A stretch of DNA of 63,657 bases, the filler included. It is 3 parts of 3 records of this genome, joined end to end, with 100 filler letters (N's around TTAATTAATTAA, not from the genome) between each part and the next. Parts side by side here need not be neighbours in the genome. Positions count along the whole stretch, not along the records: positions 26,686 to 55,174 come from SRR31156797_493; 2 more parts are not named here. One strand, given 5' to 3'. The notes below the pieces were generated by a model. It ran no database searches. It was given only the letters and a program-made list of their open reading frames with translations, and had not been told where the DNA came from. A program made the translations under genes and the position numbers. Positions 37,313-48,165 of this stretch are shown here, in pieces. Position 1 is the first letter of the stretch, and every line of letters begins with the position of its first letter.

Positions 37313-39349
37313 TTACCATATATAAGCCCTCTGGTCTTCAGACAGGTACATATAGTCTCCTTGTTTTGCACCGAAAGCCTTGTGGAATTCGGGCATATTA
37401 CGAAGTGGCTCATTCACACGGTTTCTTCCCAATGAGTGAACATCAACCTTCGTTAATCTTATCTTCTCCTTATCTCTTATATTTTGTGCCCATACATGTG
37501 CATAAGCAAGGAAGTATCTTTGTAAAGGTGTAAAACCATCAATCTCTTTTCCTTCTTTATATTGCTCAGTAGTTTTGAAAGCTGTTAAAGCAATATTTAA
37601 TCCACCGAGGTCAGCAATATTTTCACCTAATGAAAGCTCACCATTGGCCATAATTGTATCAATAATAACAACATTGTTAAACTGGTCAATCAATTTTTGT
37701 GAACGTTTTCCAAATCGCTCAGCATCTTCTGCAGTCCACCAATCGGTCATATTACCATCTTTATCAAACAGTCTTCCTTTGTCATCGAATCCGTGAGTCA
37801 TTTCATGGCCTATTACCATTCCAATGGCGCCATAGTTAACCGCATCATCAGCATTCTGATAGAAGAATGGAGGTTGTAAAATTCCAGCAGGGAATACAAT
37901 CTCGTTGTAAAGTGGATTATAATATGCATTTACCATCTGTGGAGGCATAAACCATTCTGTTTTATCAACCGGTTTACCAATTTTACTCAACATGTCTTCA
38001 GTTCCCCATTTACGTGCACGCATTATATTTTCCAGGTAACTGTCATTTTTAATTTCAAGTGAAGTATAATCTTTCCATTTATCCGGATAACCCACTTTAA
38101 CATTCATGGTATTAAGTTTCTCTAGGGCTTTCTCTTTGGTGCCTTCACTCATCCATGGAAGAATTTTAATACGCTCAGCTAAAGCAACTTTAAGATTTCC
38201 CGTTAAATCTTCCATACGTTTTTTAGCTTCGGGTGGGAAATATTTATTCACATAAACTTTACCAATGGCTTCACTCAACACACCATTTGTAGCGTCCAAT
38301 ACTCGTTTCCAACGTGGTCTTATTTCTTCACTTCCGGTTAGTGTTTTGCCGAAAAAGTTAAAGTTTTGATTTACAAAATTGTCACTCAAGAAAGATGCAT
38401 TTTTATCAACCATATGCCATTTCAAGTACCATTTCCAATTTTCCATTGGCACTTCCACAAGCATGTTATCAAGCTCCGCGAAAAAGTCCGGCATACCCAC
38501 GTTAATATCACCAGGCTCAGCTAGCCCTACATTTCTGAAATAAGTAGCCCAGTCAAAATTATCCATCATGGCATCTACTTTTTCCAAATTCATCTTGTTA
38601 TATGTTTTCTGTACATCACGTAGCTCAACTCTCGTTAATGAAGCCTCTGCTAAACGCGATTCAATATCCATAACGGTTTGTGCAGCCTTTGCAGCATCTG
38701 CCTCATTTTCACCAGCAAACACCAACATTTTTTGGATATGATTGATATATTCATTTCTGATTTTCTCAGAATCTTCTCCTTTATCAAAATAGTAACTACG
38801 ATCAGGTAATCCTAGCCCACCTTGGGACAATTGAGCAATTTGAAAATCTGAATTCATACGATCTGCTGAGCCATAAAATCCGAAAATGAAACCCATTCCC
38901 ATGGTTTTATATTCGGCTAAAAGATTTTGCATATCCTCAATTGAATTTAAGCTTTCAATTTGTTTGAAATATGGCATAAGCGGCTCAGCACCTTGTTTCT
39001 CAATTTTTTCAGTATCCATACCTGTAGCGAACATATCTTTAATTTTTGCCTCCACAGAACCCGGATCAGCTTTCATTTCAGAAATTTCATCAACAATAGC
39101 TTTTAACTTTTTCTCATTTTCATCACGCAGCTCTGTAAATGAACCATGACGAGCTTTATCAGCAGGTATTGGGTGAGACTTTTGCCAACCACCGTTTGCA
39201 TACTGACTAAAATCGTCTACCGGACTTACTGTCAAGTCCATATCTACTTTATCAATTGCTTTTTTCTCCATATTTACTTTTTCCGTATTACACGACATCA
39301 TCAATACTGATAATAATGCAAGTGGGATTGCTTTCATGTATCTTTTCAT
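37313..39349 (-). CDS. M13 family metallopeptidase (PepO-like lipoprotein)
   Basis: VNAYY, GHEMTHGFDD, GENIADLGG; lipobox MMSC. Confidence 0.93.
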   Translation of the reverse strand: MKRYMKAIPLALLSVLMMSCNTEKVNMEKKAIDKVDMDLTVSPVDDFSQYANGGWQKSHPIPADKARHGSFTELRDENEKKLKAIVDEISEMKADPGSVEAKIKDMFATGMDTEKIEKQGAEPLMPYFKQIESLNSIEDMQNLLAEYKTMGMGFIFGFYGSADRMNSDFQIAQLSQGGLGLPDRSYYFDKGEDSEKIRNEYINHIQKMLVFAGENEADAAKAAQTVMDIESRLAEASLTRVELRDVQKTYNKMNLEKVDAMMDNFDWATYFRNVGLAEPGDINVGMPDFFAELDNMLVEVPMENWKWYLKWHMVDKNASFLSDNFVNQNFNFFGKTLTGSEEIRPRWKRVLDATNGVLSEAIGKVYVNKYFPPEAKKRMEDLTGNLKVALAERIKILPWMSEGTKEKALEKLNTMNVKVGYPDKWKDYTSLEIKNDSYLENIMRARKWGTEDMLSKIGKPVDKTEWFMPPQMVNAYYNPLYNEIVFPAGILQPPFFYQNADDAVNYGAIGMVIGHEMTHGFDDKGRLFDKDGNMTDWWTAEDAERFGKRSQKLIDQFNNVVIIDTIMANGELSLGENIADLGGLNIALTAFKTTEQYKEGKEIDGFTPLQRYFLAYAHVWAQNIRDKEKIRLTKVDVHSLGRNRVNEPLRNMPEFHKAFGAKQGDYMYLSEDQRAYIW

Positions 39350-39696
39350 ATTAATTAAGTTTTAAAAGAGTTTTTTGTTCATGTTATTTATAGCCCTGAA
39401 ATACAAAACAATAGCCAAACAAAACAATACTTTCAATTTCAGGCGATTACAAAAATAGCTCATAGAATAAATTATCATAAAAATGCGAAAAGATGCACGT
39501 TTACGTACAACATGAACACTAATTAGTTCCAAGTTCAAGGTTCCAAGTTAAGTTTTGATGTTTTATGACAATACGAAGAATTTGTAATCTCAAACCTAAA
39601 ACTTAAACATTTGGATTCTGGAATCTTGATGGCAAAAATTTGGTAGGCCTTTTCATTAAATCTATATTTGTTCATTCTAAAGAAAACTGAAAACGC

Positions 39697-40851
39697 ATGC
39701 CAGCAAACCTAAGAACCTGGATTGAGATTGATAAAAAAGCATATTTGCATAACATTCGATTTATGCAACAAAACTTTCGGGAACCTATAATTTCAAGTGT
39801 AATTAAAGGAAACGCCTATGGACATGGGATTGAGCAAATTGTTCCTATTGCCCAGGAAGGAGGTATCAATCATTTTTCTGTTTTTTCGTTAGATGAAGCT
39901 TGCAGAGCTAATAGTGTGATGAACGAAAACTCTACATTGATGATTATGGGCTTTATTCCAAATGATTCCTATGAATGGGTAATTGAGCATGGCATCAATT
40001 TCTTTGTATACAATGCCAGTTCTCTACAACAAGCTGTTAAAGCAGCTAAAAAAGTTAAGAAAAAAGCAATAATCCATCTAGAGCTAGAAACAGGTATGAA
40101 TCGCACCGGACTGTATGGCAACTATTTAGACAAGAGCCTCAAAATAATTGAAGATAACCGGGATCAGATTCAACTAAAAGGTATCTGTACACACTTTGCC
40201 GGAGCAGAAAGTATTGCTAATCATGTTCGCATCAAGAGGCAAATTATAAACTTCAACCGACAGCTTAATTTCATAAAAAAGAAAGGTTTTGAGCCTGAAC
40301 TCCTTCACATGGCTTCATCAGCTGCTACAATAACCTACCCCAGAACAAGAAAAGATTTGGTTAGAACAGGTATTCTTCAATACGGGTTTTGGCCTAGCTT
40401 TGAAACCAGAATAGCTTACATGCAACGATACAAGCATACCATTGACCCTTTACGCAGGGTTTTGAGCTGGAAAAGCACTGTAATGCACGTTAAAACAATT
40501 GAAGCAGGGGAATTCATTAGCTATGGTACAGCATTTTTTGCTCATGAAAACAAAAAAATCGCCATTGTTCCCGTTGGCTATTCAGATGGATTTAACAGAT
40601 CGCTGAGCAATAATGGACGCGTATTAATTCATGGTAAGGTAGCTCCCGTAATAGGACTTATTAATATGAATATGCTCATTGCTGATATCACAAGTATTAA
40701 AAATGTAAAAGCTGGTGATGAAGTAGTTCTTATTGGAAAACAAAAAAATAACACTATACAAGTAAGTTCTTTCAGTGAATTCACCCAGCAAATAAACTAC
40801 GAACTTCTGACAAGATTACCGGAAGCTACACCGAGAATAATCAAAAACTAA
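39697..40851 (+). CDS. alr: Alanine racemase
   Basis: VIKGNAYGHG, HLELETGMNRTG, VPVGYSDG, INYELLT. Confidence 0.92.
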   Translation: MPANLRTWIEIDKKAYLHNIRFMQQNFREPIISSVIKGNAYGHGIEQIVPIAQEGGINHFSVFSLDEACRANSVMNENSTLMIMGFIPNDSYEWVIEHGINFFVYNASSLQQAVKAAKKVKKKAIIHLELETGMNRTGLYGNYLDKSLKIIEDNRDQIQLKGICTHFAGAESIANHVRIKRQIINFNRQLNFIKKKGFEPELLHMASSAATITYPRTRKDLVRTGILQYGFWPSFETRIAYMQRYKHTIDPLRRVLSWKSTVMHVKTIEAGEFISYGTAFFAHENKKIAIVPVGYSDGFNRSLSNNGRVLIHGKVAPVIGLINMNMLIADITSIKNVKAGDEVVLIGKQKNNTIQVSSFSEFTQQINYELLTRLPEATPRIIKN

Positions 40852-40942
40852 CATCACAATAACATTTATTAACAGTTTTTTGGCAACAATTTTGCGCCTT
40901 TTACGTGTAATTATTATAGTATAACATCTAAATATAAACACT

Positions 40943-41137
40943 ATGAAAGATATACTCAAAGATCGCACAAATCAAGAAATTCTCGAGCTACTTGAAAAAA
41001 ATAGTGAGATGACGCTAGGTAGCATTGTTAGAAAACTTGGAATTTCTGCTGAAAGAGGACTTCAGCATATGATACGTTTACGTCAAAATGGATTGGTTAA
41101 AATAGAAAGAGAAGCTAAATACGCATTAAATATTTAA
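40943..41137 (+). CDS. Small winged-helix protein
   Basis: ILELL...MTLGSIVRKLGIS...LRQNGLVK. Confidence 0.65.
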   Translation: MKDILKDRTNQEILELLEKNSEMTLGSIVRKLGISAERGLQHMIRLRQNGLVKIEREAKYALNI

Positions 41138-41213
41138 TTAACGTGATTTCGATTTAAATTATAAAAATCAGATCATCGAACTCATGTTAATTACTACTGA
41201 GGAAAAAAATTGT

Positions 41214-41930
41214 CTAGTTTGCTCCTTTGGCTTGTTTCTCAATTAAATTTTTCACCCATTTGAAATTCGGCTCAATTGCCAAAACTTTCTGATAACACTC
41301 CATGGACTTTTGCGGTGCATTTGTCTCAAAATACCATTGTCCCAAAACAACAATCGTATTCAAATAAAGCCAGCAATTCTCTAGATTATTTTGCTGCTCA
41401 AATAGCTTAATTGCTTTGAGGTAAGCTTCTATGCCTTTTTGTTTATCACCTCCAACCATATCAGGCATATAATATAGCATATTGCCTTTTTCAACCCATG
41501 CTTGAGGATTTTTGGAATCAATATCTACCGCTGCATTTATATGTTTCATGCTTTTTGGACCAAGGTACATTGCTTTATAACCATTCATATTGATCTCAAA
41601 ACCATAAAGCGCCCCTCTCAATGCGTTGAAGCGACTACTCCCTGGATTATTGTTTAGCATTTTCTCTATTATTGGTTCAATAAAATTCAAAAGCTTTTTT
41701 GCTTCATCTTCTTTCCCAACACCAATATAGTTTCCTATCAGACCATAATAACCCAGTGAGAGTTTATAAATCTCATCTTCATTCTCAAAACTAAATGAAC
41801 CTGCCCCAAGACTTAATGTTTCCTCCCATAATTGAGTATTATCAGAAATATAGGCTTTGTATACAGTTTCATTGAATTCCTGCAGTGTGAATATGGTATA
41901 GAGTGATAAAATAAGTTTAATAATCATCAT
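41214..41930 (-). CDS. TPR-containing exported protein, last gene of the carotenoid operon
   Basis: TPR-like helices; 8 bp after the glycosyltransferase gene. Confidence 0.75.
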   Translation of the reverse strand: MMIIKLILSLYTIFTLQEFNETVYKAYISDNTQLWEETLSLGAGSFSFENEDEIYKLSLGYYGLIGNYIGVGKEDEAKKLLNFIEPIIEKMLNNNPGSSRFNALRGALYGFEINMNGYKAMYLGPKSMKHINAAVDIDSKNPQAWVEKGNMLYYMPDMVGGDKQKGIEAYLKAIKLFEQQNNLENCWLYLNTIVVLGQWYFETNAPQKSMECYQKVLAIEPNFKWVKNLIEKQAKGAN

Positions 41931-41938
41931 AATATATG

Positions 41939-43039
41939 CTATAAGTTAAGTTCCCGATTTTTCCATTGATATTTTTTTCTAAAACGCATACCAAAACCTT
42001 TCATTATTACAAATGGCAGGATAAACATTTGCAGTAAATGTAGAAGCAACATTTGTATTGTGTTTGCCTTACTTAACAAAGCTACAATAATCCGTACAAG
42101 AATAACATACAATGCATAAAAAGCTAAAAACCATATATTTACAAAACATAAGAAAATCGGAACTATTAAAACTACCACCAGATAAAAAACTGCCCATCCT
42201 AAATTATTGGAGAAAAAAGCCGGAGCACTTCTGGCAACTCCATTAAATGATTCTTCAAATGTATGGTACATACGGCAACTCACTTCCTTTTGGCCAATCA
42301 GCGTTTCTACCTTACATTTCTTCCTTTTCATAGCTTTCATGATACCAATATCTTCTACAACTTCGTTTCGAACAGCTTTATGCCATTGATTCTTTCGATA
42401 ATTATTCCCATCAAAAACCATACATTGACCATTGGCTGCAGAAAATGAACTCCAGGAAGATTTCCTTACCAGACTCAGAGGTAAAAGGGTCAATAAAATC
42501 CAGTTAAAAAGTGGCACTACGATCTTTTCGCCTAGTGTTGATGTAATTTGAACGGGAAAAATTGATAACAAGTCAAGTTCGTTTTTTTGTGAATGAGACG
42601 CAACTTTTTGCAAAAAATCTTTCTCAATACGCACATCAGCATCCAAAAAAACTAATATATCAGCATTTGTGTGTTGAGCTAATTGATAACAAGCATGAGT
42701 TTTTCCTCCCCAACCCTTAGGAAGGTCTTCACCATGAAGTAATGTAATACTGTTATTCTTTTTTTGAGCATTCTGTACAACATCGACTGTATTATCTTCT
42801 GATAAATCATTGTAAACAATTACTTCAAACTTATCTAAAGATTGTTGAGTTAAGTCATTCAGGATATGAGCTATATTTCCTTCTTCGTTACGTGCAGGAA
42901 TTAATACGGCAATACTTTTATCTGGTAAAATATCAGAAACAGCAAGCTTTCTAAAGCTAAAAACATTTGAGAGCAACACAATAAACCTTAAGGTTGCAAA
43001 TATTAATACAAGAATTAATATAATATCTAGTCCATGCAT
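41939..43039 (-). CDS. Family 2 glycosyltransferase (carotenoid glycosyltransferase, CruC/CrtQ-like)
   Basis: LIPARNEE, GWGGKTHAC, FLDADV, ANGQC, VVED. Confidence 0.85.
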   Translation of the reverse strand: MHGLDIILILVLIFATLRFIVLLSNVFSFRKLAVSDILPDKSIAVLIPARNEEGNIAHILNDLTQQSLDKFEVIVYNDLSEDNTVDVVQNAQKKNNSITLLHGEDLPKGWGGKTHACYQLAQHTNADILVFLDADVRIEKDFLQKVASHSQKNELDLLSIFPVQITSTLGEKIVVPLFNWILLTLLPLSLVRKSSWSSFSAANGQCMVFDGNNYRKNQWHKAVRNEVVEDIGIMKAMKRKKCKVETLIGQKEVSCRMYHTFEESFNGVARSAPAFFSNNLGWAVFYLVVVLIVPIFLCFVNIWFLAFYALYVILVRIIVALLSKANTIQMLLLHLLQMFILPFVIMKGFGMRFRKKYQWKNRELNL

Positions 43040-43635
43040 TTGCTATGTTTTAACTTTGATTCATGATGAAATTTAATAAACTCCCCTTTAACATTGCTTA
43101 AATCATTGAGCATTTTGCCATAAACGAACAAACTATTTTTTTTATTTGAAAAATAATCGGTAAAAGTATTTAATAAGAGCAAATCCGTATTCTCTAGTCC
43201 ATTGATTATTCTATCAACGCCTTGTTCAAAAGACAAATAATCTTTGTGCTGTGACTGAATCTCCCCTTGAGGAAAAAGCAAAACCAGATTCCTCTTTTCA
43301 GACAATAATTTTTTGGTATAATTCAATGATTCTATAATGCTTTTTGATCCTGGATCAACCGAATAAGCACCTGCTCCCACGAAGGTTTTATGCTTCAAAA
43401 GTTGCTCTTTTAGCATCATCACATGAAATTTCTTTTTCCAATAGAGCTGGTTAATTCTCATAACCCAAAATCCATCCCACCATGAGTGGTGATTAGCCAA
43501 AACTAGCAATGATTTGTCAGGTTTTATTTCCGGGAGATCTACGTTTAAGGCATGAAAATGTTTGTTTATGGCTCTTTTTGCATAAAAACCATAAAACCAT
43601 TCATAGAAAGGTCTATGGTTTGCTCTAATAATCAA
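43027..43635 (-). CDS. Lysophospholipid-type acyltransferase (CruD-like)
   Basis: ANHHSWWDG, LFPQG. Confidence 0.85.
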   Translation of the reverse strand: MIIRANHRPFYEWFYGFYAKRAINKHFHALNVDLPEIKPDKSLLVLANHHSWWDGFWVMRINQLYWKKKFHVMMLKEQLLKHKTFVGAGAYSVDPGSKSIIESLNYTKKLLSEKRNLVLLFPQGEIQSQHKDYLSFEQGVDRIINGLENTDLLLLNTFTDYFSNKKNSLFVYGKMLNDLSNVKGEFIKFHHESKLKHSKCMD

Positions 43636-44293
43636 CTAAGTAATATCTCATATTGGTAAATAAAAAGAAGGCAATTTGAGCCAAGAATACAGCGTATGCA
43701 ACTTTATGTACTTTTGGAAATTTTAGATTAACTACCAAAAGATGCATAACAAATGCAATAACCCACCATGCCACATAATTTTCAAAAGGCACAGTTGTAG
43801 CTTCCCATGTCCACATAGTAGTGGCAATGGCAAAGGGTTCTAGTGCCACATCAAAAATCACCATCATTGTTGCACCGGCTACTGCTAGCAGCAATTTATT
43901 CGTTAAAAGATGTCTTGCAATAAGTTGCGTTGCTACAATCAACAGTAGCCAATTTACTCCTATAAATAATGGTGTCTCAAACAACTTCACACCAAGCACA
44001 TCTCCGTATTCATAAACGCCAAATGGCCATCCGGTATTTACACCAACAACCTCTATTGCATATCCTAACAAATAAACAATGAGAAAAAATAATCCATGAA
44101 TTAATGTCAAATGCTTCCTAACAGCCCACAACAATACAAAAAGACTAAAAGCCAGATTTAATGGAGTCAAGGCTAAAAACAAATCATGCGTTTGTGGAAT
44201 TAAAAAACCAATGACACCAATTATATAAACCATTATGACCGCCCTTACAAGGCTCATCTCATCATTTAAATCTATGGTGAAATATTTTTTCAT
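43625..44293 (-). CDS. Carotenoid 1',2'-hydratase, CruF/DUF422 family
   Basis: EVVGVNTGWPFGVYEY, PLFIGVNW, FDVALEP, VPFENYVAW. Confidence 0.82.
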   Translation of the reverse strand: MKKYFTIDLNDEMSLVRAVIMVYIIGVIGFLIPQTHDLFLALTPLNLAFSLFVLLWAVRKHLTLIHGLFFLIVYLLGYAIEVVGVNTGWPFGVYEYGDVLGVKLFETPLFIGVNWLLLIVATQLIARHLLTNKLLLAVAGATMMVIFDVALEPFAIATTMWTWEATTVPFENYVAWWVIAFVMHLLVVNLKFPKVHKVAYAVFLAQIAFFLFTNMRYYLVDY

Positions 44294-44295
44294 AC

Positions 44296-45774
44296 TTAAT
44301 CTTTTTTCTCATTATTAATATCCTCAGCAACAATACCAGCTGAAGCAATACACAGAGGAATCCCACCACCAGGGTGCACACTACCTCCTACGAAATGTAA
44401 GTCTTTTATTCTACTATGCCTGTTTGGATGTCTTAAAAAAGCAGATAACCTACTATTTGAACTACCACCATAAATAGCACCACCGGCTGATGAAGTTTTT
44501 TCTTCAATGGTGATCGGGTTACCGGATTGCTCATAAACAATATGTGACTCGATATTTACCTTTAACATGTTGTTTATCTTATTAATCACATTGGTCCTTA
44601 CTTGTTGCAGAACATCTTCATTATACTGACCAATATTTACAGGTGCATTGATCATCACAAACCAATTTTCACTCCCAACAGGAGCATCCTGGTTTGTGGA
44701 TTTATCACTAATAAATATATATATCGTTGGATCGTGATAAGCTTTCTTCTTCTTAAATAAATAATCAAACTCTTGTTTATAATTATCAGCAAACAAAATA
44801 TTATGCACATCTAAACTGGGAAAAGTTCGGTTGATGCCCCAATAAAAAATAATTGCAGAAGATGATTTCTCCATAATTTTTAATCGAAACGGTAACCGTT
44901 TTTTAGGCATCAAATGCTTATAAAAGTTAGTAACATCCATATCGCTAACCACTTTGTCAGCTTCAATTTCAGTTCCTGAAACTACAACACCTTTTACTTT
45001 TCGACCCTCAATTAAAACCTTATCTACCTTTTGATTATAATGAAACCTCACTCCCATTGATTCAGCACGATCAACCAATGTCGTTACAATTGAATACATT
45101 CCATTAGCCGGAAAGAATGCGCCATCGTTGTGCTCCAAATGAGCTATCATATTCAATGTAGCAGGCGCTTTATATGGATTTGAACCGTTGTATGTTCCAT
45201 ACCTATTGAAAAGCTGAACCAACTTTCTATTTTTAAAACTCTTTTTATTCCTCTTGTGCATAGAAAGTAACATATCCAGTTTATGAATTTTTGTTGCTAC
45301 TTTTTTTCCTGCTTTAGAACTCAGTGTTGAAAATCGCGCAAATGGTTTAAAGATGAATAAGTCAGCAGACAAGTCATACATCTCTTTAACCCTGTTTAAG
45401 TATTTTTCAACATTCGATATGGGCTCCTTAAAAACATTGGATGCTTCCTCTGCAAATCGCTTTGTGTCAGACCATGCGTTAAAAACTGTACCATCAGAAT
45501 AATGATAACGACACACATTTTCTAATTTACGATATTCAAATACTTCAGATGATTTCTGTCCAGACAATTCTATCAAATTGTCAACAAGATTAGGTAGAGT
45601 AAATAATGATGGGCCGGTATCAAAACGAAACTCCCCTTCACGTATCTCATTGAGCTTTCCACCTGGTTTATCACTCTGTTCAAATACATCAACCTGATAA
45701 CCAAGTTTAGCCAAATGAATAGAAGCGGATATACCACCTATTCCTGAACCTATTATAATTGCTTTTTTATTCAT
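44296..45774 (-). CDS. crtD: 1-hydroxycarotenoid 3,4-desaturase
   Basis: GSGIGG FAD motif, FDTGPSLFTLP, TYNGSNPY, GGSVHPGGGIPLC; operon context. Confidence 0.82.
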   Translation of the reverse strand: MNKKAIIIGSGIGGISASIHLAKLGYQVDVFEQSDKPGGKLNEIREGEFRFDTGPSLFTLPNLVDNLIELSGQKSSEVFEYRKLENVCRYHYSDGTVFNAWSDTKRFAEEASNVFKEPISNVEKYLNRVKEMYDLSADLFIFKPFARFSTLSSKAGKKVATKIHKLDMLLSMHKRNKKSFKNRKLVQLFNRYGTYNGSNPYKAPATLNMIAHLEHNDGAFFPANGMYSIVTTLVDRAESMGVRFHYNQKVDKVLIEGRKVKGVVVSGTEIEADKVVSDMDVTNFYKHLMPKKRLPFRLKIMEKSSSAIIFYWGINRTFPSLDVHNILFADNYKQEFDYLFKKKKAYHDPTIYIFISDKSTNQDAPVGSENWFVMINAPVNIGQYNEDVLQQVRTNVINKINNMLKVNIESHIVYEQSGNPITIEEKTSSAGGAIYGGSSNSRLSAFLRHPNRHSRIKDLHFVGGSVHPGGGIPLCIASAGIVAEDINNEKKD

Positions 45775-45866
45775 ATTTTTTTGTTCAATGTTCAAACAAA
45801 AAAGTAGGAATCTTGTTGAACATTTAAACGATTTTGTTTAAATATTTACATAAAACATTATACAAA

Positions 45867-47366
45867 ATGAAAAATGCCCTTATTATTGGAACTGGATTAG
45901 GAGGACTCACTACTGCATTGAGATTAAGCAGAAGAGGGTATAAAGTACATATGGTTGAACAATACCATCAGGCAGGTGGACGTTTGAACCAACTTAAAAA
46001 AGATGGATATACATTTGACTTAGCACCATCCTTTTTCAGTATGAGTTATGAATTTACTGAATTCATTAAAGACGCCCAAATTCCAATGCCATTTGAGTTT
46101 ATTGAACTCGATCCTCTTTATTCAGTAAATTTCAGGGATACAGGGAAAACCTATAAAATCTTTAAAGATCTGGACAAACTAGCCAATGAGTTTAAAGAAG
46201 TTGAACCGAATTTTAGACCCAATATTGACAAGTATCTAGATTCAGCCGGTAAATTCTTCCATGATACAAATCAACTTGTAATAAAGCGTAATTTTTCAAG
46301 TATAGCCCAATATATTGTAACATTAGCCAGAGTTCCCTGGGGACATGCACCAAAAATGCTTCGTTCGTTTTGGTCAGAGGTAACAAAATATTTTGATTCC
46401 AGAGAGGTTAAAGAAATTCTCTCATTAGTTGCTTTCTTTTTGGGTGCTACGCCATTTGATACGCCTGCGGTTTACTCACTGCTTTCTTATACAGAGCTTG
46501 TACACGATGGATATCATAATGTTAAAGGTGGAATGTATAAAATCGTAGAAGGATTACTTAAAGAAATGGAAAAACAAGGTATTGATATCACATTCCATAC
46601 ATCAATTCGTGAATTTGAAACCAATGGTAAAAATGTAACTGCGTTCATTGACCAGAATGGGAAAAAATGGGAAGCAGATTTATTCATTGTCAATGCTGAT
46701 GCCGCTTCATTCCGCAACAAAATCATGAAGAAAAAGGCCTTCAGAACAGAAAAACTCGACAAACAAAAGTGGACATTAGCTCCATTTACGATGTATCTTG
46801 GAATTGATAAGAAATTATCGGAATTAGAACATCACAGTTATTTCTTAGGCGATAATTTTGAAGAATATGCTAATAAGATTTTCAAAAATAGCATATCGCT
46901 CAAAAAACCATATTACTATGTAACAAACACATCAAAATATAATCTGGAGTGTGCACCAGAAGGAAAAGAAGCAGTCTTTGTATTGTGCCCGGTGCCAGAC
47001 TTACGCTACAAACCTAACTGGGATGATGCTGAAGAACTAGCTAATAATATCATCGATGATTTAGGATCAAGAATTGGAGTTGACCTTGCTAATCATATAG
47101 AAAGTAAAACTATACTTCCTCCACCTTACTGGGAAGAAACATTTGGATTACACCGTGGAAGTGGTTTAGGATTGGCTCATGATCTGAACCAAATTGGAGC
47201 CTTCCGACCATCAAACCGTGATGAAGATTATAAGAATGTATTTTATGTAGGCTCATCAACTGTTCCTGGAACAGGTTTGCCTATGGCAGTAATTAGTTCT
47301 AAATTAGTTGTTGACAGAATTGAAAAAAGTTATGGATCTATACACAAAAAACGCGCTGCAGTGTAG
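45867..47366 (+). CDS. crtI: Phytoene desaturase
   Basis: GTGLGG FAD motif, FLGATPF, VGSSTVPGTGLP; upstream of phytoene synthase. Confidence 0.85.
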   Translation: MKNALIIGTGLGGLTTALRLSRRGYKVHMVEQYHQAGGRLNQLKKDGYTFDLAPSFFSMSYEFTEFIKDAQIPMPFEFIELDPLYSVNFRDTGKTYKIFKDLDKLANEFKEVEPNFRPNIDKYLDSAGKFFHDTNQLVIKRNFSSIAQYIVTLARVPWGHAPKMLRSFWSEVTKYFDSREVKEILSLVAFFLGATPFDTPAVYSLLSYTELVHDGYHNVKGGMYKIVEGLLKEMEKQGIDITFHTSIREFETNGKNVTAFIDQNGKKWEADLFIVNADAASFRNKIMKKKAFRTEKLDKQKWTLAPFTMYLGIDKKLSELEHHSYFLGDNFEEYANKIFKNSISLKKPYYYVTNTSKYNLECAPEGKEAVFVLCPVPDLRYKPNWDDAEELANNIIDDLGSRIGVDLANHIESKTILPPPYWEETFGLHRGSGLGLAHDLNQIGAFRPSNRDEDYKNVFYVGSSTVPGTGLPMAVISSKLVVDRIEKSYGSIHKKRAAV

Positions 47367-48165
47367 TAAGAAAACTACTCGCAACTACAGCACATCATTT
47401 TCCCTGGGTATTAGGCTGCTTAAAAAGCGATTCAGATACCCTGTGCATGGAATTTATGGATTTGTAAGAGTTGCTGACGAGATTGTTGATACATTTCACG
47501 ATCATGATAAGGCTTCAATGCTCAAAAACTTTCGAGAAGAAACCTACAAAGCAATAGACGAAAAAATCTCGACTAATCCAATACTCCATAGTTTCCAATA
47601 TGTTGTAAATAAATATAATATTGAAAAAGAAGTAATAGATGCTTTTTTGGATTCAATGGAAATGGACTTAAGCTTTGACACTTATAATGATGAAATGTTT
47701 CAAAAATACATATACGGTTCAGCTGAAGTAGTAGGTTTAATGTGTTTGCGCATTTTTACCGAAGGCGATAACAATACATATGAATCATTAAAAGCACCTG
47801 CCAGGAAATTAGGAGAAGCATTTCAAAAGATAAACTTCCTGCGTGATATTAAAAGTGATTTTATTGAAAGAAAAAGAAGCTATTTCCCACATATAGACCC
47901 AGAAACTTTTACTGACGAAGAAAAAGTAAAAATTGAAGAAGACATTGAAAAAGATTTTGATGAGGCTTACCTGGGAATTAAAAAGCTAAAAAAAGATAGT
48001 AGACTAGGCGTATACCTGGCCTATACATATTACCGAAAGCTTTTTAATAAAATTAAAAAAACCGGGGCAAATAATATCATGCAGCAACGCTATCGAATAT
48101 CAAACACCAGAAAACTAATACTGCTATTCAATGGATACGTAAAACACAAAGTCAATTGGATTTAG
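47332..48165 (+). CDS. crtB: Phytoene synthase
   Basis: YSTSFSLG, RVADEIVD, YIYGSAEVVGLM, INFLRDI. Confidence 0.93.
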   Translation: MDLYTKNALQCSKKTTRNYSTSFSLGIRLLKKRFRYPVHGIYGFVRVADEIVDTFHDHDKASMLKNFREETYKAIDEKISTNPILHSFQYVVNKYNIEKEVIDAFLDSMEMDLSFDTYNDEMFQKYIYGSAEVVGLMCLRIFTEGDNNTYESLKAPARKLGEAFQKINFLRDIKSDFIERKRSYFPHIDPETFTDEEKVKIEEDIEKDFDEAYLGIKKLKKDSRLGVYLAYTYYRKLFNKIKKTGANNIMQQRYRISNTRKLILLFNGYVKHKVNWI

